From: a bacterium
Lineage (GTDB): Bacteria > Bacillota > Clostridia > Oscillospirales > Acutalibacteraceae
Assembly (NCBI GenBank): GCA_963657005.1
Contig: CAVKLC010000001.1
Span: 45,081-109,080 of the forward strand
Direction of reading: 5' to 3'
Length of the DNA: 64,000 nucleotides
Of the stretch, positions 28,643 to 37,598 are shown one piece after another (position 1 is the first letter of the stretch; the number at the start of each line of letters is the position of its first letter). The notes under the pieces were generated by a model. The model was given only the letters and a program-made list of their open reading frames with translations, did not search any database and had not been told where the DNA came from. The position numbers were made by a program, and so were the translations under genes.

Positions 28643-31600
28643 TTATCTGATATTTACATATTCCGGAGAACTTTGGTTATACATATTGATATTGTTACCG
28701 TTTTCATCTGTAAATGTATTTGTAAATGTATCAGTTACAGGATCATAATCAAATACATGCCAAACAGTTCCGATTCTATTTGTAGGTACACGATATGTTG
28801 CAATAAGATCATTGCCCTTATATACTCTTACAGTTGCTCCACTGTTTGAAAGGACTGTTGATGACGAACTGGATTTGTTTGAATAGTCGTGAACAAAGTA
28901 TTGATATTTACCACCGGTGTTAAAACCATTAATAGTGATTGTTTCCGGACCGTAACTTGTAGTATCATCTACATCAAGATTTGAATTGTCGTTGTTTGTT
29001 GGGTACTTGTCACTGTAATAAACATGATAAGTGCTGTTGTTACCGTTTACTCCACCGTATAAATGAGAATCTAAATCGCTTGGATATTCACCCCAAGTAA
29101 GAATAATTCTCATTGTTCCTTCAAGAGATGCATCATAAACATTAAGGGTAACGCTTATAAATGTTGTTTCGTCATCTTCTATAGCAAAACTTGAAATCGT
29201 TTTTGAATAGCCGTCAGCACCAACAACTATTGTATAGTTACCTACAGGAAGTTCATTAGAAATACTTCCGTCATTATCTGCATTACCGGTTGCTACAGTA
29301 TTGCCTGCGGTATTATTGTATCCGTTATAAATACTATATTGTGCATTTGGAATTCTGTTTCCGTTAACAGCATTTAAAACAACACACTCAAGGGTACCGG
29401 TGCCCTGTGAATCTTTACGAATCATTATATAGTCTTGAAGTTGGTTTTCACCCTCGTGTTCAATTTTTTCATTTGAAGTATATCGCTTGTAACCCGAAGC
29501 AGAAACCTCTATTCTGTAATTGTTCTTTCCGAGTGACTGGAGAGTTTTGAATGTTCCGTCAGATTCCGTATATGTTGTTGCTACCAAAACATTTCCGGAA
29601 TACACTTTAATATTTGCACGAGATATACCCTCGTGATTACTTTTTAATATTCGTCCGCTAAAAGTACCGACGCCATATGCACACTTGTCAACTTTGTGTC
29701 CGTTTTCAAGATGCATTTGACCCTTAAACGGACTGTTCTTCTTAGTCCAAATTTCCCAAGTAAGATTAATATCATTTTTAATCTTTTTTATTGCTTTAGA
29801 AGCAAGGCAATCGCCGTCAACACTTAAATCAAGGTATAGATAATATCCTAAATCACCGCAATGCAATACAGGACTGCAATCAGTATGTGCAACATAAGCA
29901 ATATCACCGGCAATACCGATATTGCAGGCAAAAGCAATAATATTAAATGTTTCAAGTGCCCACAAGCCGATACTGAGTTTACCGCCGAGTTTTGCACTTG
30001 CATTTGCATTTGCATCGATGGAATTCTTTGTTATTTCTTTAATTGTTCTGATTTCATTATTGGTGTATTGAATACCCTGCATTGCAGTCAAAGTATATGT
30101 TACATCAATTTCGCCGTTAACTGAAACTGTCAAATAAAAAACGATATCAACGGAAAGACCAGTTGTACCGAGTGCAAAAGGAATTCGACCGATTTCAATA
30201 CCGGAAGCACTCGCTTTGTCAATAAGCTGACCGGTTTGGTCTATAAGTTCATAAGTTGTAGAACCTGAATTGCTGTAGGATATATTACCGTTAACATAAA
30301 GTTTTTCAGTTGCAGAAATAAGAAAATCATTAAGTTTGAAACCGGTCCAACCAAGATTTGCATCAACTCTTGCTTTAATTTCAGGTATTGATAATTCAAT
30401 TTTACCTTTAAGCTTTACACCGTTTTTAAGCTGAGTATCAAGTTTTTTTGTTAACTTTTTATCAATGGCCGTTGAATACTCTTCATTAAAATTGAATGCG
30501 TCCCCATTTTCAGAAGCTTGTTCAATTTGAGCACCGTCTGAAAGCTGAGCATTATTAACATCTGCAGCTGCATAACCCTCAAACTGAAGATCAGAATACA
30601 CTTCCTCAATTTCCGGTTTCACTGCTTGAATTGTGTACATTCCATTTGCAACGCTTACGCTTTGAACTTTAATCGGGAAACCTGCAATATGTTCATTATT
30701 TGCCGGAAGAACGACAACATCACCAACTGAGTAGCTGCCTGATGTGTAAGGAATTGATACCGTATAAGCATCGTTGCCTAAATCGGTAACTGTATATGAT
30801 GTTGAAGATGAGCCCTCAACTTTGCTGTTATACTGTACATTTTGATAAATTGTATTTCTGTCAATATTTTGTGACTTTTGAAGATTCGCAATTTTACCGA
30901 TAATGTGATTCTTATCTGTTCCGGTCATAGGAGCGGTGGGGTTGAAATTGCCGTTAGAATCAAGACTTAAAAAGTCATTTTCTACAGCAATGCAAACAGC
31001 AGTTTTATATGTCACTTGACTCGCGTCGCCACAATTAAGTGTTTTATTCTGACTAAGGTCGTAACCCATAGCAGCAACTGCTGTATAAGCTGCAAACTCT
31101 CTTGTTGCAATACCATTTGGATCAAATGTAGGAACATCATTTTCAGCATCGTAATCAAGAGCGGCTGCTTCAGGAAGAATTTTAGCTTGTAATGCATACT
31201 CTACAAGTTCTGCATTTTCACAATCATCACTGTCAGAAAAAGAATAACCCGCACTGTGATCAACGGTACTGTTTACAAAGCCTGCCTTTTCGGCGAGAAC
31301 CTTGAGCCACTCTTCTCTTGTGAAAATTGTTGAATTGTCTTCGTCATATGAAACCGGTTTGTCTGCATCATTTTCAGGAATTGAGCCGTTAACAACTGTT
31401 ACATTGGTTGGCATTTCCATTTTTAAATCTGCCGGTTGGTTTGCCGGTTGAGTTGTAGTAGGCGCAGCCGTGGTTGGAACTGATGTTGTTGCTTCGACAG
31501 GTGTAGTAGTTATAGTTGTTGTAGTTGTTGTAGTTGTAGTTGTAGTAGTAGTTGTTGTAGTAGTTGTAGTAGGTGTTGCTGCCTTAACTTTTTTAGTCTT

Positions 31601-32137
31601 GATAGACTTTACCGAAGAGTACTTGGTGTAAGTAGTCTTTTTCTTGACTGTTTTGTAAGCCTTAACTCTTACATAATACTTCTTCTTATTCTTGAGCTTT
31701 TTAATTCTCTTTGTAATTGTCTTTTTTTTCTTATTTTTCTTTGTTACCTTAACTTTAACCTTTTTGGTTGTTTTCTTGGTAAACTTCTTTGATGTTGAGT
31801 AATAGATAACATAGCCGTTTGCGCCGTTAACTTTACTAAACGAAACATCGAAAGAATTTGAAGCCTTCACTTTAAGTTTAAGATTTTTAGGTGCTGTAAA
31901 CTCAGCTTTCTTTTTAGTAGACTTCTTAGTGGTTTTCTTGGAAGACTTTTTAGTAGACTTCTTTGATTTTTTAGTGGCTTTTTTGCTTGTCTTCTTTGCG
32001 GTTTTTGCAGTTTTTTTGGTAGCTGCCTGAGCTGTTATAGCCTGAGTAACACCGATGTTATCAAGCACATAAGCAGACGGCAATACCATCATAACCGCAA
32101 GAAAGACTGCTAAAATCTTTTTTGCAATACTTTTCAT
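28643..32137 (-). CDS. 1164-aa mosaic secreted protein: Lys-rich FN3-like module, poly-Thr linker, SLH-like repeats, beta-rich core, carboxypeptidase-regulatory-like domains, YfaP/DUF2135-like C-terminus
   Basis: Signal peptide; GYVIYYSTSKKF...YYVRVKAYK; FDPNGIATREFAA and FNPTAPMT (SLH-like); MRIILTWGEYPSDLDSHL...LDVDDTTSYGPETITI. Confidence 0.8.
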   Translation of the reverse strand: MKSIAKKILAVFLAVMMVLPSAYVLDNIGVTQAITAQAATKKTAKTAKKTSKKATKKSKKSTKKSSKKTTKKSTKKKAEFTAPKNLKLKVKASNSFDVSFSKVNGANGYVIYYSTSKKFTKKTTKKVKVKVTKKNKKKKTITKRIKKLKNKKKYYVRVKAYKTVKKKTTYTKYSSVKSIKTKKVKAATPTTTTTTTTTTTTTTTTTTTITTTPVEATTSVPTTAAPTTTQPANQPADLKMEMPTNVTVVNGSIPENDADKPVSYDEDNSTIFTREEWLKVLAEKAGFVNSTVDHSAGYSFSDSDDCENAELVEYALQAKILPEAAALDYDAENDVPTFDPNGIATREFAAYTAVAAMGYDLSQNKTLNCGDASQVTYKTAVCIAVENDFLSLDSNGNFNPTAPMTGTDKNHIIGKIANLQKSQNIDRNTIYQNVQYNSKVEGSSSTSYTVTDLGNDAYTVSIPYTSGSYSVGDVVVLPANNEHIAGFPIKVQSVSVANGMYTIQAVKPEIEEVYSDLQFEGYAAADVNNAQLSDGAQIEQASENGDAFNFNEEYSTAIDKKLTKKLDTQLKNGVKLKGKIELSIPEIKARVDANLGWTGFKLNDFLISATEKLYVNGNISYSNSGSTTYELIDQTGQLIDKASASGIEIGRIPFALGTTGLSVDIVFYLTVSVNGEIDVTYTLTAMQGIQYTNNEIRTIKEITKNSIDANANASAKLGGKLSIGLWALETFNIIAFACNIGIAGDIAYVAHTDCSPVLHCGDLGYYLYLDLSVDGDCLASKAIKKIKNDINLTWEIWTKKNSPFKGQMHLENGHKVDKCAYGVGTFSGRILKSNHEGISRANIKVYSGNVLVATTYTESDGTFKTLQSLGKNNYRIEVSASGYKRYTSNEKIEHEGENQLQDYIMIRKDSQGTGTLECVVLNAVNGNRIPNAQYSIYNGYNNTAGNTVATGNADNDGSISNELPVGNYTIVVGADGYSKTISSFAIEDDETTFISVTLNVYDASLEGTMRIILTWGEYPSDLDSHLYGGVNGNNSTYHVYYSDKYPTNNDNSNLDVDDTTSYGPETITINGFNTGGKYQYFVHDYSNKSSSSSTVLSNSGATVRVYKGNDLIATYRVPTNRIGTVWHVFDYDPVTDTFTNTFTDENGNNINMYNQSSPEYVNIR
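31503..31570 (-). repeat. Imperfect ACA/ACT trinucleotide run encoding poly-Thr
   Basis: gtagttgttgtagttgtagt... run encoding about 22 Thr codons. Confidence 0.85.
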
Positions 32138-32318
32138 TTGTTTTCTCCTTAAATAATGTTAATACTACTACACATCAACATTTAATTATTTTACCATATA
32201 TTAACAAATTATTACAAGTTACATTTTATTACAAAAGATGACTTTGACACGCTTTATATATAATGTTATAATAAATTAGTATTACTGACTTTAAAAAGTC
32301 TAAAGAAGGGGGTAACAT

Positions 32319-34697
32319 ATGAAAAAGAAATTATCAATCGTCTTGGCGTTTATATTAACGCTAACAGTGGGAACAGTTCCTGCGTTTGCGAGTGAAAGCA
32401 CAGCGCTTGAAATATCAAACACGGCTGAATCGTACAAAATATCCGACAAGCTTTACGGTTCGTTTATTGAAGATATTTCGTATGCGTGCGACGGAGGTCT
32501 TGTGTCAAATCTTGTTAACAATGATTCATTTGAATACAAGTTTAACAACACTACTGCTTGGGTAGCTGACGGCTTAGAGCTTGGCACAAATACCGAAAAA
32601 CCGCTTAATAAAAACAACCCTACTTATGCACAAATAAGTGCAAACGGCAAAGGCACGCTAAAAAACACGGGTTATACAGAAATGTACAAGTACAAGTCAT
32701 ACGACCGTGACGAGAAGAAAGCAAAGCAAAGTGATATGGGCTTTAAAAAGTGCGGAGAATACGAATTTGGTTGTTACATAAAAAATGAAAGTTTTAAGGG
32801 CGATGTTAATGTTTACCTTGATTCAAAGAGTAACAAAAACAATATTGTAAGCCTTGACATATCAAAAACTGACGGCATTTGGACTAAGCTTACCGCAACA
32901 TTAAAATCGAATACTGATGAAGACGGCGGGCTTGCAATCGAATTTGACGGAAAAGGCAAAATTAACATTGACTTTGTAACATTGGTGCCAAAAAGCAGTT
33001 ACGGCTACGGCACAAATGAGTGGAAATATGTAACGCTCAGAGATGACCTTTACACTGCGCTCAAACAGCTTTCGCCTAAATTTGTCCGTTTCCCGGGCGG
33101 TTGCCTTGCGGAGAGTGACAGCCTTGCAAATCTTTATGATTGGAAAGAAACAATAGGTCCGCTTGAGGAGAGAGTTCAGTTTTACAACCTTTGGCGAGAC
33201 GATGTAGGCAGAGATTACATCAACACAAACGCTATGGGTTACCACGAATATTTCCAGCTTTGCGCCGACCTTAATGCCGAGCCGCTTCCTATACTCAATG
33301 TAGGTTTAACCTGCCAGGGCAGAGCCGATTACGACGCTTATGTAAATGCGCTGAGAAAGCTTGATATGACCGATGAAGAATGGGAAAAGCTTTTGACAGA
33401 TGAAATTCACATTGACCCTGACGATGAGGAAAACAGAAATGGTTACACCGAGCATATCGAAAACCTTAACATTAAAAGTCAGGCTGATTTTGACAAGTAC
33501 CTTGACACTATTGCGCTCAAACCGGGTACAAAGGAATGGGATGCATATGTGCAGGACATTCTTGATTTAATCGAATATGCAAACGGTGATGCAACAAATA
33601 CTTATTGGGGTGCGCTCAGAGCCGCTAACGGAAGCAAGAAACCGTTTAACCTTAAATATATCGGTCTCGGCAATGAAAATTGGGGCGAAATATACAAGTG
33701 CAATTTTGAAGCGCTTTACAAGGAAGTTAAAAAGGCATATCCCGATATTACCGTCATTTCTTCAAGCGGAACATATCTTGAAGGTGACGCTTACGACTAC
33801 AACTGGAGCTGGATAAACAAAGATTATACCGACACGGTTATTGACGAGCATTACTACACAAACGACGGTTACCTTTTTGACCACAACGACAGATATGACA
33901 ATTTTGACCGCAACGGCGCTCATGTATTTATCGGCGAATATGCGGCTACTTCATCGGGTATCGGCACTATTCAAACAAAATCTAATATGAACGAAGCGGT
34001 TGAAGAAGCAAGCTATTTGACAGGAATTGAACGCAACGGCGACATTGTTGATATGGCTTCCTACGCTCCTACTTTTGCCAAAGTTAATGCGCAATGCTGG
34101 AATGTTAACCTTATTTGGTTTAACTCGCAGGAGGTTGTGCTTACGCCGAGTTATTATGTTCAAATGCTGTTTTCAAATAACTACGGAAGCGAATATATCA
34201 AATCGAATTTTGACAACGGTAAAACGGTAAAAGACGGACTTTACGAATCGGTTACCGTTGACCGTGACAGTGAAACGCTCTTTGTTAAGCTTGTTAACAC
34301 AACAGGCAAAAAACAAAGCGTTGATATTAAACTGAGTGATTTCGGAAATATCAACAAAGTATCGGCTCAATCTATCAAAGGAAGTTACAAAGCCGCTTGC
34401 AACGAGGTTGGAAGCCTTACAACTTATCCGAGTGAATATGACTTAGAAAGCAGTGAAAATATCAGTGTTGATATGGGCAAATATGATGTCACCGTGCTCA
34501 GAATTGCTTACGGCAAAAATGACGGCGCTTCGCTTTATTCGCTTCCTAATAATATTTCCACTATGACAACAAGCGTTAAAAATTATACTCCGCCGGTTGT
34601 TAAAATCGCAGTTCCATGCGCTATCGGCGGCGCGGCTGTAATAATTTTAGCAGGCCTTGTAATAACAAAAATTATAAAAAAGAAGAAGAAAGACTAA
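32319..34697 (+). CDS. GH51 alpha-L-arabinofuranosidase, secreted with C-terminal TM anchor
   Basis: YGSFIEDIS, VRFPGGC, MGYHEYFQLC, IGLGNENWG, DEHYY, FIGEYA, MASYAP; signal peptide; C-terminal TM plus Lys tail. Confidence 0.88.
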   Translation: MKKKLSIVLAFILTLTVGTVPAFASESTALEISNTAESYKISDKLYGSFIEDISYACDGGLVSNLVNNDSFEYKFNNTTAWVADGLELGTNTEKPLNKNNPTYAQISANGKGTLKNTGYTEMYKYKSYDRDEKKAKQSDMGFKKCGEYEFGCYIKNESFKGDVNVYLDSKSNKNNIVSLDISKTDGIWTKLTATLKSNTDEDGGLAIEFDGKGKINIDFVTLVPKSSYGYGTNEWKYVTLRDDLYTALKQLSPKFVRFPGGCLAESDSLANLYDWKETIGPLEERVQFYNLWRDDVGRDYINTNAMGYHEYFQLCADLNAEPLPILNVGLTCQGRADYDAYVNALRKLDMTDEEWEKLLTDEIHIDPDDEENRNGYTEHIENLNIKSQADFDKYLDTIALKPGTKEWDAYVQDILDLIEYANGDATNTYWGALRAANGSKKPFNLKYIGLGNENWGEIYKCNFEALYKEVKKAYPDITVISSSGTYLEGDAYDYNWSWINKDYTDTVIDEHYYTNDGYLFDHNDRYDNFDRNGAHVFIGEYAATSSGIGTIQTKSNMNEAVEEASYLTGIERNGDIVDMASYAPTFAKVNAQCWNVNLIWFNSQEVVLTPSYYVQMLFSNNYGSEYIKSNFDNGKTVKDGLYESVTVDRDSETLFVKLVNTTGKKQSVDIKLSDFGNINKVSAQSIKGSYKAACNEVGSLTTYPSEYDLESSENISVDMGKYDVTVLRIAYGKNDGASLYSLPNNISTMTTSVKNYTPPVVKIAVPCAIGGAAVIILAGLVITKIIKKKKKD

Positions 34698-34698
34698 T

Positions 34699-35667
34699 AT
34701 GAACATTACATTTTATTCAAGCGTATCAACAAAAGAAAAAGTGTTTGGCTACATACCCGAATTTAAAGAACATAACACAAGATTTTTCAAGCTTAGCGAA
34801 AGAGAAAAGCTTTTAAATGAAGCAAACAACACCGAGCTTTTATTCATTGACGCTATGGGCGTTTTGGACAAAGAACTTATTGATTCCATGCCGAATTTAA
34901 AATTGATTATGTCGGAGGGTGTTGGATATCAAGGCGTTGATGTGGCTTATGCAAGCGAAAAAGGAATACCCGTTTGCAACAACAAGGGCGTTAACGACAC
35001 GGGTGTAAGCGAGGTTGCGCTGTTTCTTATGTTCGGCTGTTTAAGAAGCTTTTCAAAAGGCGTTGAGGAAATTTACAACGGCAGGCAAATCGAGTTTAAA
35101 AAAGCGTCGTTCGGCGCAAAAAAAGAGCTCAGCCAGTGCACCGTCGGTTTAATCGGTTTTGGCGATATTGCGAGGAAAACGGCTGAATTCTGCACTGCTT
35201 TGGGTGCAAAAGTAGTATACACAAACCGCACGAGGTATGAAGAACTTGAGCAAAAATACAATGTAACTTACTTAGCTCTTGACGAACTTTTAAAGAAAAG
35301 CGACATTGTTTCGCTCCACCTTGCTGTTACACCGCAAACGGCGAATTTTGCAAGCGACAAATTTTTCGCAAAAATGAAAAATGACGCATTTTTAATCAAC
35401 ACCGCACGCGGAGATTTGGTAGATAACGAGGCGCTCAAAGGCGCACTTTTAAATGGCGAAATTGCAGGCGCAGGACTTGATGTTTACACTCCCGAACCGC
35501 TTGAAAAAGATAATATTTTGCTTGATGAAAGGCTCAAAGATAAACTTATTTTAACCCCTCATATTGCAGGAATAACAAGCCTGACAGTTGAAAGAATTTA
35601 TAAAAATATTTATGAAAATATGCAAAATATTGTTTATCAAAAAGAGCTTAAAAACAGAGTAAATTAA
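34699..35667 (+). CDS. D-isomer-specific 2-hydroxyacid dehydrogenase
   Basis: GLIGFGDIA, SDIVSLH, LINTARG, AGLDVY..EP, TPHIAG. Confidence 0.9.
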   Translation: MNITFYSSVSTKEKVFGYIPEFKEHNTRFFKLSEREKLLNEANNTELLFIDAMGVLDKELIDSMPNLKLIMSEGVGYQGVDVAYASEKGIPVCNNKGVNDTGVSEVALFLMFGCLRSFSKGVEEIYNGRQIEFKKASFGAKKELSQCTVGLIGFGDIARKTAEFCTALGAKVVYTNRTRYEELEQKYNVTYLALDELLKKSDIVSLHLAVTPQTANFASDKFFAKMKNDAFLINTARGDLVDNEALKGALLNGEIAGAGLDVYTPEPLEKDNILLDERLKDKLILTPHIAGITSLTVERIYKNIYENMQNIVYQKELKNRVN

Positions 35668-35690
35668 GGCGAACAATGTTCACCGCTACA
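35668..35690. repeat. Single GTAG-type REP
   Basis: ggcGAACAaTGTTCaccgCTAC. Confidence 0.55.
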
Positions 35691-35712
35691 ATTCTTTAAT
35701 TCAAATTAACCA

Positions 35713-35749
35713 AAACAAAAAAGGATGCTGCTCGGCATCCTTTTTGTTT
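35713..35749. terminator. Bidirectional intrinsic terminator
   Basis: AAACAAAAAAGGATGC...GCATCCTTTTTGTTT between convergent genes. Confidence 0.8.
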
Positions 35750-35766
35750 AACCTTATTAATTTTTA

Positions 35767-36099
35767 TTAATCTTTTTTCTTGCCGTGAATATAAACGCTT
35801 AGCACTTTTAAATCGTGGTCATCTTTTAATATATTTTTATCCACCACTGCAAAATCGGCATATTCACCCGGTGCAAGTTTAGTACACTCTGCATTATTCC
35901 TATAAGTTAAACACATTTTGTCATTAACAAGCGGAACAACTGCCCTGCCCTGCAAATCAATAACCTTTGCTTCGTCATAAGCAAGCGGTATACTATAACC
36001 CATATAAACAATATTTTTGCCCTTAACTACCATAACGGAGTAAGTACTGTTATGTTCATCAAGAGAAATAAAATCTGCATTAGTAAATACAGTTTCCAT
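35767..36099 (-). CDS. Stand-alone amidohydrolase beta-sandwich (composite) domain lacking the catalytic barrel
   Basis: 110 aa from ATG 36099 (GAGG RBS): VFTNADFISLD...VKGKNIVYMG...VIDLQGRAVVP joined by a short linker to LAPGEYADFAVVDKNIL...VLSVYIHG. Confidence 0.7.
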   Translation of the reverse strand: METVFTNADFISLDEHNSTYSVMVVKGKNIVYMGYSIPLAYDEAKVIDLQGRAVVPLVNDKMCLTYRNNAECTKLAPGEYADFAVVDKNILKDDHDLKVLSVYIHGKKKD

Positions 36100-36243
36100 C
36101 AAATTCGCCTCGTAAATGTCATATTTTACAGCAATAATAATACAAAACAATCAAAATGTCAAATATTTTAACTAAAAATCAAAAACGAGAGCCGATTACT
36201 CAACTCTCGTCTATGATTTTTCTTTATCTTAGTTAGCTAAAAT

Positions 36244-36777
36244 TTAGCCAAAATATCTTTGAAGAAGACCCTCAAATGCCTTACCGTGTCTTGCTTCATC
36301 CCTTGCCATCTCATGCACAGCATCGTGGATAGCATCAAGACCCTGTTTCTTAGCAAGCTTTGCAAGCTGGGTTTTGCCGAGTGTTGCACCGTTTTCGGCA
36401 GCAGCACGCATTTCAAGGTTTTTCTTTGTTGAATCTGTTACAACTTCGCCGAGCATTTCAGCAAATCTTGAAGCGTGGTCTGCTTCTTCATAAGCAGCCT
36501 TTTCCCAATAAAGACCGATTTCAGGATAACCCTCTCTGAAAGCAACTCTTGCCATTGCGAGGTACATACCAACCTCACTGCATTCACCGTTGAAGTTGTC
36601 ACGAAGACCCTGAACGATTTCTTCGCTTACACCGTCGATGATACCAACCTTGTGCTCAGCAGCCCAAGTTGTTTCGCCTTCTTCGCGAACAGCCATCTTT
36701 GCACCGCAAACAGGGCAAACATCAATAGGTTCGTCACTTTCATAACCGCATACCGGACAATAATACTTCTTAGCCAT
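36244..36777 (-). CDS. Reverse rubrerythrin / NADH peroxidase
   Basis: N-terminal CPVCGY...CPVCG rubredoxin domain, then [19 protein letters not shown] di-iron motifs. Confidence 0.93.
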   Translation of the reverse strand: MAKKYYCPVCGYESDEPIDVCPVCGAKMAVREEGETTWAAEHKVGIIDGVSEEIVQGLRDNFNGECSEVGMYLAMARVAFREGYPEIGLYWEKAAYEEADHASRFAEMLGEVVTDSTKKNLEMRAAAENGATLGKTQLAKLAKKQGLDAIHDAVHEMARDEARHGKAFEGLLQRYFG

Positions 36778-36807
36778 AATAAATTACTCCTTTTAAATAA
36801 AATTATT

Positions 36808-37215
36808 TTAGTTTTTACTTTTACAGCCTTTACAAATTCCGCTGTAATATACATCTCTGTGCTCGATATCAAAACCGTCAATGCCGTTTTCACCGCTTAC
36901 ATTGCAAGTAAAATCAAAAATTCCACCGCAACACCTGCATTTAAAATGAGCGTGAAAATCAGGGTTTGCGTCATATCTGATTTTTTCACTCTCAATAACG
37001 ACGGGCATTATCAAACCGCATTCGGAAAGAGTTTGCAAGCAGTTATATACAGTAGTTTTTGAAAACGACGGATTTTCCTCAACCAAATTTTTATACACCG
37101 TGTCAACATCGGGGTGAATTCTGTTTTCATAAAGAAACTTATAAACAGCAATTCTTTGAGCAGTAGCTTTAATACCCTTTTGCTTAAAAAGCTCTGTAAT
37201 TTCTTTTGTTTGCAT
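36808..37215 (-). CDS. perR: Fur-family peroxide regulator (PerR-like)
   Basis: TAQRIAV, HPDVD, TTVYNCL, RYD, HAHFKCRCCG, CKGC; directly upstream of reverse rubrerythrin. Confidence 0.8.
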   Translation of the reverse strand: MQTKEITELFKQKGIKATAQRIAVYKFLYENRIHPDVDTVYKNLVEENPSFSKTTVYNCLQTLSECGLIMPVVIESEKIRYDANPDFHAHFKCRCCGGIFDFTCNVSGENGIDGFDIEHRDVYYSGICKGCKSKN

Positions 37216-37232
37216 TGACTCACTTCCTTTCG

Positions 37233-37302
37233 CTAATTTGTAATAGTTACTAGCTTGTATCGATTACAATTTAGATTATACACATATTTTTCAATTTGTC
37301 AA
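37233..37302 (-). promoter_or_regulatory. sigmaA promoter with downstream PerR-like inverted repeat
   Basis: TTGACA(37302-37297)-N16-TATAAT(37280-37275); IR ctaatttgtaat-N18-attacaatttag at 37233-37274. Confidence 0.65.
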
Positions 37303-37421
37303 CACTTTTTTTGAAAAAAAAGATAAAAAAAATAAGGCGAACAAAGTCCGCCTAAGTAAATTATATTCAAACCAATTAAGCCTTCCCCTCAAGGGGAAGC
37401 CACAATAACAGTCAACCGGTT

Positions 37422-37598
37422 TTACCAAAACATATTCTGCTCGGTGTCATACTCAAAACCTGCTGCTTTGAGTTTTTCAACAAGGTCGATTTTATCAATA
37501 TCCATATCATCGCACAAAGCGTCAAGGCTCGGATAAAAATCGCGAAGTTTAAGATTAATAACACTCATAAGCATAACAGGGTCATTTGGAAGCGGCAT
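37422..37598 (-). CDS. Small DUF4250-like protein (58 aa, below the ORF-track cut-off)
   Basis: Manual translation MPLPNDPVMLMSVINLKLRDFYPSLDALCDDMDIDKIDLVEKLKAAGFEYDTEQNMFW; AAGGAG RBS. Confidence 0.85.
   Translation of the reverse strand: MPLPNDPVMLMSVINLKLRDFYPSLDALCDDMDIDKIDLVEKLKAAGFEYDTEQNMFW

Noticed and set aside
32201..32233. TTACA repeats upstream of the giant surface protein as a WalR box
   Set aside because: Spacing is N4 rather than N5 and the background is very AT-rich.
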